From an uncultured Candidatus Poseidoniales archaeon (GTDB lineage Archaea > Thermoplasmatota > Poseidoniia > Poseidoniales > Poseidoniaceae), in the NCBI GenBank assembly GCA_000246735.1, contig CM001443.1, positions 1,176,777 through 1,240,776 of the forward strand: DNA of 64,000 bases. The letters are read 5' to 3'. The translations under genes were made by a program, and so were the position numbers. Below are positions 60,015 through 64,000 of this stretch, in pieces. How positions within the stretch are numbered: the first letter of the stretch is position 1; every line of letters begins with the position of its first letter. Under the pieces are notes generated by a model that was not told the DNA's origin, did no database searches, and saw only the letters and a program-made list of their open reading frames with translations.

Positions 60015-62915
60015 ATGACACGAGGTGCATGGCATGACATCAGTCCTGAGGAAACGTTCCTAAAATTGAACACACAATCAGAGGGACTCACAGAAAACGA
60101 AGTTCTCGTGCGCCGTGAAGAGTACGGAGAGAACAAGCTTCAGGAACCTGAAAAAACGCCGGCATGGATTCGCTTCATCTCGCAGTACAACGATCCACTC
60201 AACTACCTATTGATTGGTGCAGCACTGATTGCACTCGCAATCAATCCAGACCACCCAGGCGACGCCATCTTCATCTTCCTAGTCCTAACAGCGAATGCAA
60301 CCTTTGGATTCTGGCAGGAAGGTCAGGCAGAGCAAGCCATGGATTCGCTGAAACAAATGGCTGTATCGAATTGTATTGTGATCCGGGATGGTGTTGAAAA
60401 GGAAGTATCCACACCATTGTTGGTCCCAGGTGATATTGTTAAGCTGGAAGAGGGAATCAATGTCCCCGCAGATGTGAGAATTGTTGAATCGTATCAGTGC
60501 AAGATTGACGAATCCTCGCTTACTGGTGAATCAGATAGCATCAAGAAAACGACACCAGCAATACCAACAGAGGCCTTGCTGGCCGACCGAAACAACATGG
60601 CCTACATGGGGACGAGCGTAGCCACTGGAAGGGCTATTGGAATTGTTGTGAACATCGGCATGGAAACTGAACTTGGACGAATCGCAAGTGACATCGTTGG
60701 TTCGGAGTCACCGAAAACGCCTCTTGAGCATAAACTTGAATCCCTTGGGAAGTTCCTCGGGTCCATCGCATTGGTCGTCGCTATTTTGCTGGTGTCCTTT
60801 GAACTCATATTCGCACTCGGCGATGATACAGCAAACCTACGTGAGGTGGCTGTTGACCAATTCATCATCGCCATCGCCATATTTGTTGCTATTGTACCAG
60901 AGGGGTTGCCGATTATTCTCGTGATCACGCTTGCTCTCGGCATGAGAAACATGGCGCGCCACAAGGCAATCATTCGCCGTATGAAAGCAGTAGAAACACT
61001 TGGATCAACAACTGTCATCTGCTCTGACAAGACGGGTACACTCACCAAGAATCAAATGACGGCTCGACAACTTACCACCACAGAAGGAACCTTTACGATC
61101 TCCGGTGAAGGCTTCAAGCCATCTGGTGACCTGAGTTACAACGGGACTGTTGTCACAAATGACGAACTATCAGGGTTCCAAAGTGATCTTGCGTTCAGGC
61201 TCTCTGCGGCATGTTTGAGCCTCTGTCACAACTCACATATCTCGAAGGTGGATGGCCAGTGGCAAGCACTTGGCGACCCTACTGACTCTGCTTGCGCAGT
61301 GCTGGGATGGAAAATAAACGGCGATGTAAAGAAATTTGCACAACGCCACTCAAGACTCCACGAATTTTTCTTCGACACAACACGAAAGCGAATGTCAGTG
61401 ATCCACGACTATGAAGGCGAGCGCTGGGTGTTCTCCAAAGGTGGAGCAGGGGGTTATGTTTCGTTGGTTGAATGGAAAATCAAAGAAGGGGAAATTGTTC
61501 CAATTGAACAATCTGATTTCGAACTTGCTTCTAAAGCCAACAAAGAAATGGCTGGACAAGCCATGCGCGTCATCGCCTTGTGTGCTCGTCGTCTTGATGA
61601 TGACGAGGACATAGAAGATATCAACACCGTCGAATCGAGTTTCATTTTCCTCGGCCTTGTCGGCATCATGGACCCTCCCCGAGCGGAAGTCAAGGATGCT
61701 ATTGCGATCTGCCAACGCGCAGGTATTCGTGTTAAGATGATTACAGGTGACCAACAATACACTGCAGAAGCAATTGGGCGAGAACTCAACATCACCGAAG
61801 GCGGCATTCCACCTGTGAACGGGCGTGCTCTCACCGATTTTGATGATGAGCAACTTGCAGAAGCATCTGCACAGGCTTCGATCTTTTCGAGGGTGACACC
61901 CGAACAGAAAATGAGAATCGTATCATCGCTCCAAGAACAAGGGGAAATTGTTGCCATGACTGGTGATGGTGTGAACGATGCACCTGCCCTCTCACGTGCG
62001 AACATCGGCATAGCCATGGGCATTGCCGGCACAGATGTAGCAAAGGATGCCGCCGATATGGTGCTCCAGGATGACAACTTTGCCAACATTGTTCATGCGG
62101 TAGAAGAAGGTCGGAAAATTTACCAAAACATACGCAACTTTGTCCGTTACCAAGTATCTACGAATGTTGCGGCCGTTGCTTTGATCATCATCTCGACGCT
62201 CATTCTTGGGTGGAGGTTGCCATTGACTGCCACACAAATTCTCGTGATTAACATCCTGATGGATGGACCACCAGCAGTCGCGCTCGGTGTAGAAAAGAAG
62301 CACGGAGAAGTCATGAATCAACCACCGCGCCGTGTTGACGAAGGGTTACCAAATTCCCGTGACATCGCCCTCATTTTCTTCCTTGGTGCAGTCATGGTCA
62401 CAGGCACCCTTCTCGTATTCTTCCTTGCAGGCGGCGGAGTGTGGGAGAAAGGAGACTCTTGCAACTTGCATCCATTGGAAGACCCAGACAACGCCCCGTT
62501 CGATGTAGCATTGTGTGAAAGCGGTGATGCAGCAGAATTGGAAAAGTCCAACGAATACAAGAACGATCTTTTCGACCATGCCCAAACCATGACGTTCGGT
62601 GTGTTCATTGTGTATCAGCTGTTTAACGTAATGAATTGTAGGAGCAATCGTGAAAGTGCCTTCAAACTTGGTCTATTTTCCAACAAATGGATCAATGTGG
62701 CCTTCATGCTCTCACTTGGATTGTTATTGTTCTTCGTGCAATTCGCCGAAGTTACGATTCCATTCACATCCCTCGCCATCGGTTCACTCATGACAACCTC
62801 CCCGTTATCTTCAACGGATTGGGTCATCATCTTTGCAGTGGCTGGCTCGGTGTTTGTCATCGAAGAATTCCGAAAATTCATCGTAAATTCTAATTTCTTT
62901 ACACCAGGGAATTGA
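60015..62915 (+). CDS. P-type ATPase, P2 (Ca2+/cation-transporting) type
   Basis: TGES, PEGLP (M4), DKTGTLT, KGGAG-region, TGDQQYTA, MTGDGVNDAPAL. Ten predicted TM helices. The ATG at 60015 is preferred over the GTG at 60006. Confidence 0.92.
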   Translation: MTRGAWHDISPEETFLKLNTQSEGLTENEVLVRREEYGENKLQEPEKTPAWIRFISQYNDPLNYLLIGAALIALAINPDHPGDAIFIFLVLTANATFGFWQEGQAEQAMDSLKQMAVSNCIVIRDGVEKEVSTPLLVPGDIVKLEEGINVPADVRIVESYQCKIDESSLTGESDSIKKTTPAIPTEALLADRNNMAYMGTSVATGRAIGIVVNIGMETELGRIASDIVGSESPKTPLEHKLESLGKFLGSIALVVAILLVSFELIFALGDDTANLREVAVDQFIIAIAIFVAIVPEGLPIILVITLALGMRNMARHKAIIRRMKAVETLGSTTVICSDKTGTLTKNQMTARQLTTTEGTFTISGEGFKPSGDLSYNGTVVTNDELSGFQSDLAFRLSAACLSLCHNSHISKVDGQWQALGDPTDSACAVLGWKINGDVKKFAQRHSRLHEFFFDTTRKRMSVIHDYEGERWVFSKGGAGGYVSLVEWKIKEGEIVPIEQSDFELASKANKEMAGQAMRVIALCARRLDDDEDIEDINTVESSFIFLGLVGIMDPPRAEVKDAIAICQRAGIRVKMITGDQQYTAEAIGRELNITEGGIPPVNGRALTDFDDEQLAEASAQASIFSRVTPEQKMRIVSSLQEQGEIVAMTGDGVNDAPALSRANIGIAMGIAGTDVAKDAADMVLQDDNFANIVHAVEEGRKIYQNIRNFVRYQVSTNVAAVALIIISTLILGWRLPLTATQILVINILMDGPPAVALGVEKKHGEVMNQPPRRVDEGLPNSRDIALIFFLGAVMVTGTLLVFFLAGGGVWEKGDSCNLHPLEDPDNAPFDVALCESGDAAELEKSNEYKNDLFDHAQTMTFGVFIVYQLFNVMNCRSNRESAFKLGLFSNKWINVAFMLSLGLLLFFVQFAEVTIPFTSLAIGSLMTTSPLSSTDWVIIFAVAGSVFVIEEFRKFIVNSNFFTPGN

Positions 62916-62974
62916 ACGCGAGGAACACGTGGGAAAAACCACATCTTCAAGAGGAAACCACCTCAGGGCAGAGC

Positions 62975-64000
62975 ATGTCAGCATGGACTTCAACACGAAG
63001 CATGGCTGGTAGCAACGAAGACTGGCAACAACGCCTCGCTACATCCCTCAAACAACATGCTTGGAGCGCTGCATTGACCAACATCGTTGTTAAATTGGCC
63101 GCTGGAGAACAACTCACGCTCCAAGATGGACTCACTCTCTACCATCATCCGAACTTGAACGAGGTCGGTCTTCTTGCAAATGAGGTACGGACTGCCAGGT
63201 TTGACAACAAGGCTTTCTTCAACAGCAACGTCCACGTGAATCAGACAAATGTATGCGTGCTGGCCTGTAAATTCTGTGCGTTCCGACGATCGAAGAAAGC
63301 AAAGGACGCATACTCAATGGATATTGATGCTTACATTGAGGATTTAGCAAAGTATGCAGAGCACGTCGATGAAGTTCACTCTGTTGGAGGCCTCCATCCT
63401 GATTGGGGCGTCGAACATTATGAATCGCTCTTTCAAGCGACCAAAAAAGCCTTCCCCCACATCACAATCAAGGCGCTTACTGCCGTGGAAATCAAGCATC
63501 TTTCCCAAGTATCCAACACCACATATGAGGACACACTTCGACGGCTGAAAGAAGCCGGTCTGGGCTCACTGCCGGGTGGTGGCGCAGAAATCCTCGACGA
63601 TGAGGTCCGTGCAATCATTTGTAATGGGAAAGAAAGTTCAGATGAGTATCTTGAGATTCACCGAACTGCACACAACGTCGGGCTATCAACGAACTGCACC
63701 ATGCTTTTCGGCACGATCGAAACCCTTGAACAGCGACTCAACCACATGATTTCGCTACGTAACCTCGCCAATGAAACAAATGGTTTCCAATGTTTTGTCC
63801 CATACCCATACCTCCCAGATAACAGCAGGTTACCTGAGGCCCAGTTGGCAACCGGCAGTGAAGTCCTACGAACCATTGCGATTTCTCGCCTCATGCTCGA
63901 CAGCATCCCCCACATCAAAGCATATCGAATGAACATCGGTGATGAACTAGCGGAATTGGCCCTGCAGTTTGGCGCTGATGACATCGATGGCACGGTACAA
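62975..64000 (+). CDS. Radical-SAM enzyme of the MqnE/MqnC/CofH family (futalosine-pathway type), partial (runs off the right edge; not in the ORF track)
   Basis: Hand translation gives MSAWTSTRSMAGSNEDWQQRL...HVNQTNVCVLACKFCAFRR (CxxxCxxC), HSVGGLHPDW, LPGGGAEILDDEVR, NCTMLFGTIET, GFQCFVPYPY. The frame is open for 342 codons to the window end. Confidence 0.8.
   Translation, partial: MSAWTSTRSMAGSNEDWQQRLATSLKQHAWSAALTNIVVKLAAGEQLTLQDGLTLYHHPNLNEVGLLANEVRTARFDNKAFFNSNVHVNQTNVCVLACKFCAFRRSKKAKDAYSMDIDAYIEDLAKYAEHVDEVHSVGGLHPDWGVEHYESLFQATKKAFPHITIKALTAVEIKHLSQVSNTTYEDTLRRLKEAGLGSLPGGGAEILDDEVRAIICNGKESSDEYLEIHRTAHNVGLSTNCTMLFGTIETLEQRLNHMISLRNLANETNGFQCFVPYPYLPDNSRLPEAQLATGSEVLRTIAISRLMLDSIPHIKAYRMNIGDELAELALQFGADDIDGTVQ

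Overview
This is a densely packed archaeal chromosomal window with about 58 protein-coding genes. Many neighbours have ATGA/TGATG overlaps or gaps under 60 nt. I found no rRNA, tRNA, CRISPR array, transposase or integrase by eye.

The archaeal assignment rests on hallmark genes: aEF-2, uS7/uS12 and eL43. It also rests on the exosome superoperon (psmA-sdo1-rrp4-rrp41-rrp42-rpl37ae-pcc1-pfdB), RFC large subunit, TiaS, isopentenyl phosphate kinase, archaeal-type GlyRS/ProRS and SRP54. The gene content (giant lectin-type surface protein, OPT transporter, Trk, P-type ATPase, split transketolase) fits a marine planktonic euryarchaeote or Thermoplasmatota-like lineage. That placement is only an impression.

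Housekeeping blocks:
- An isoprenoid cluster: thiolase + DUF35-like, IPK, IDI-GGPPS fusion, UbiD-family decarboxylase.
- A short str operon: rps12-rps7-fusA-MOSC.
- The exosome superoperon.
- purB, tiaS, glyS, rfcL, trkAH, Get3-like ArsA + srp54, proS.
- A non-oxidative pentose-phosphate cluster.

Observations I consider most worth follow-up:
1. A 1216-aa surface protein combining C-type lectin, LamG, PPC, EF-hand and TSP3-like modules with a TM helix and cytoplasmic tail. It is convergent with an archaeosortase-like membrane protein.
2. A translationally coupled pair: an unknown 12-TM protein and a HeH/SAP-TM protein carrying three 84-aa tandem repeats and a sequon-rich C-terminus.
3. Two extra genes welded onto the exosome superoperon: an NrnA-type DHH phosphoesterase and a 354-aa unknown.
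4. A eukaryote-like type-1 IDI fused to GGPP synthase, next to IPK.
5. A 1760-aa Lhr-type helicase with what looks like two tandem AlkZ/YcaQ-like C-terminal modules.
6. A Get3-like ArsA-HSP20 fusion directly upstream of srp54.

All functional calls come from motif recognition by eye. No database search was possible. Start codons were often moved inward from the ORF-track maxima, and the reason is given per feature.
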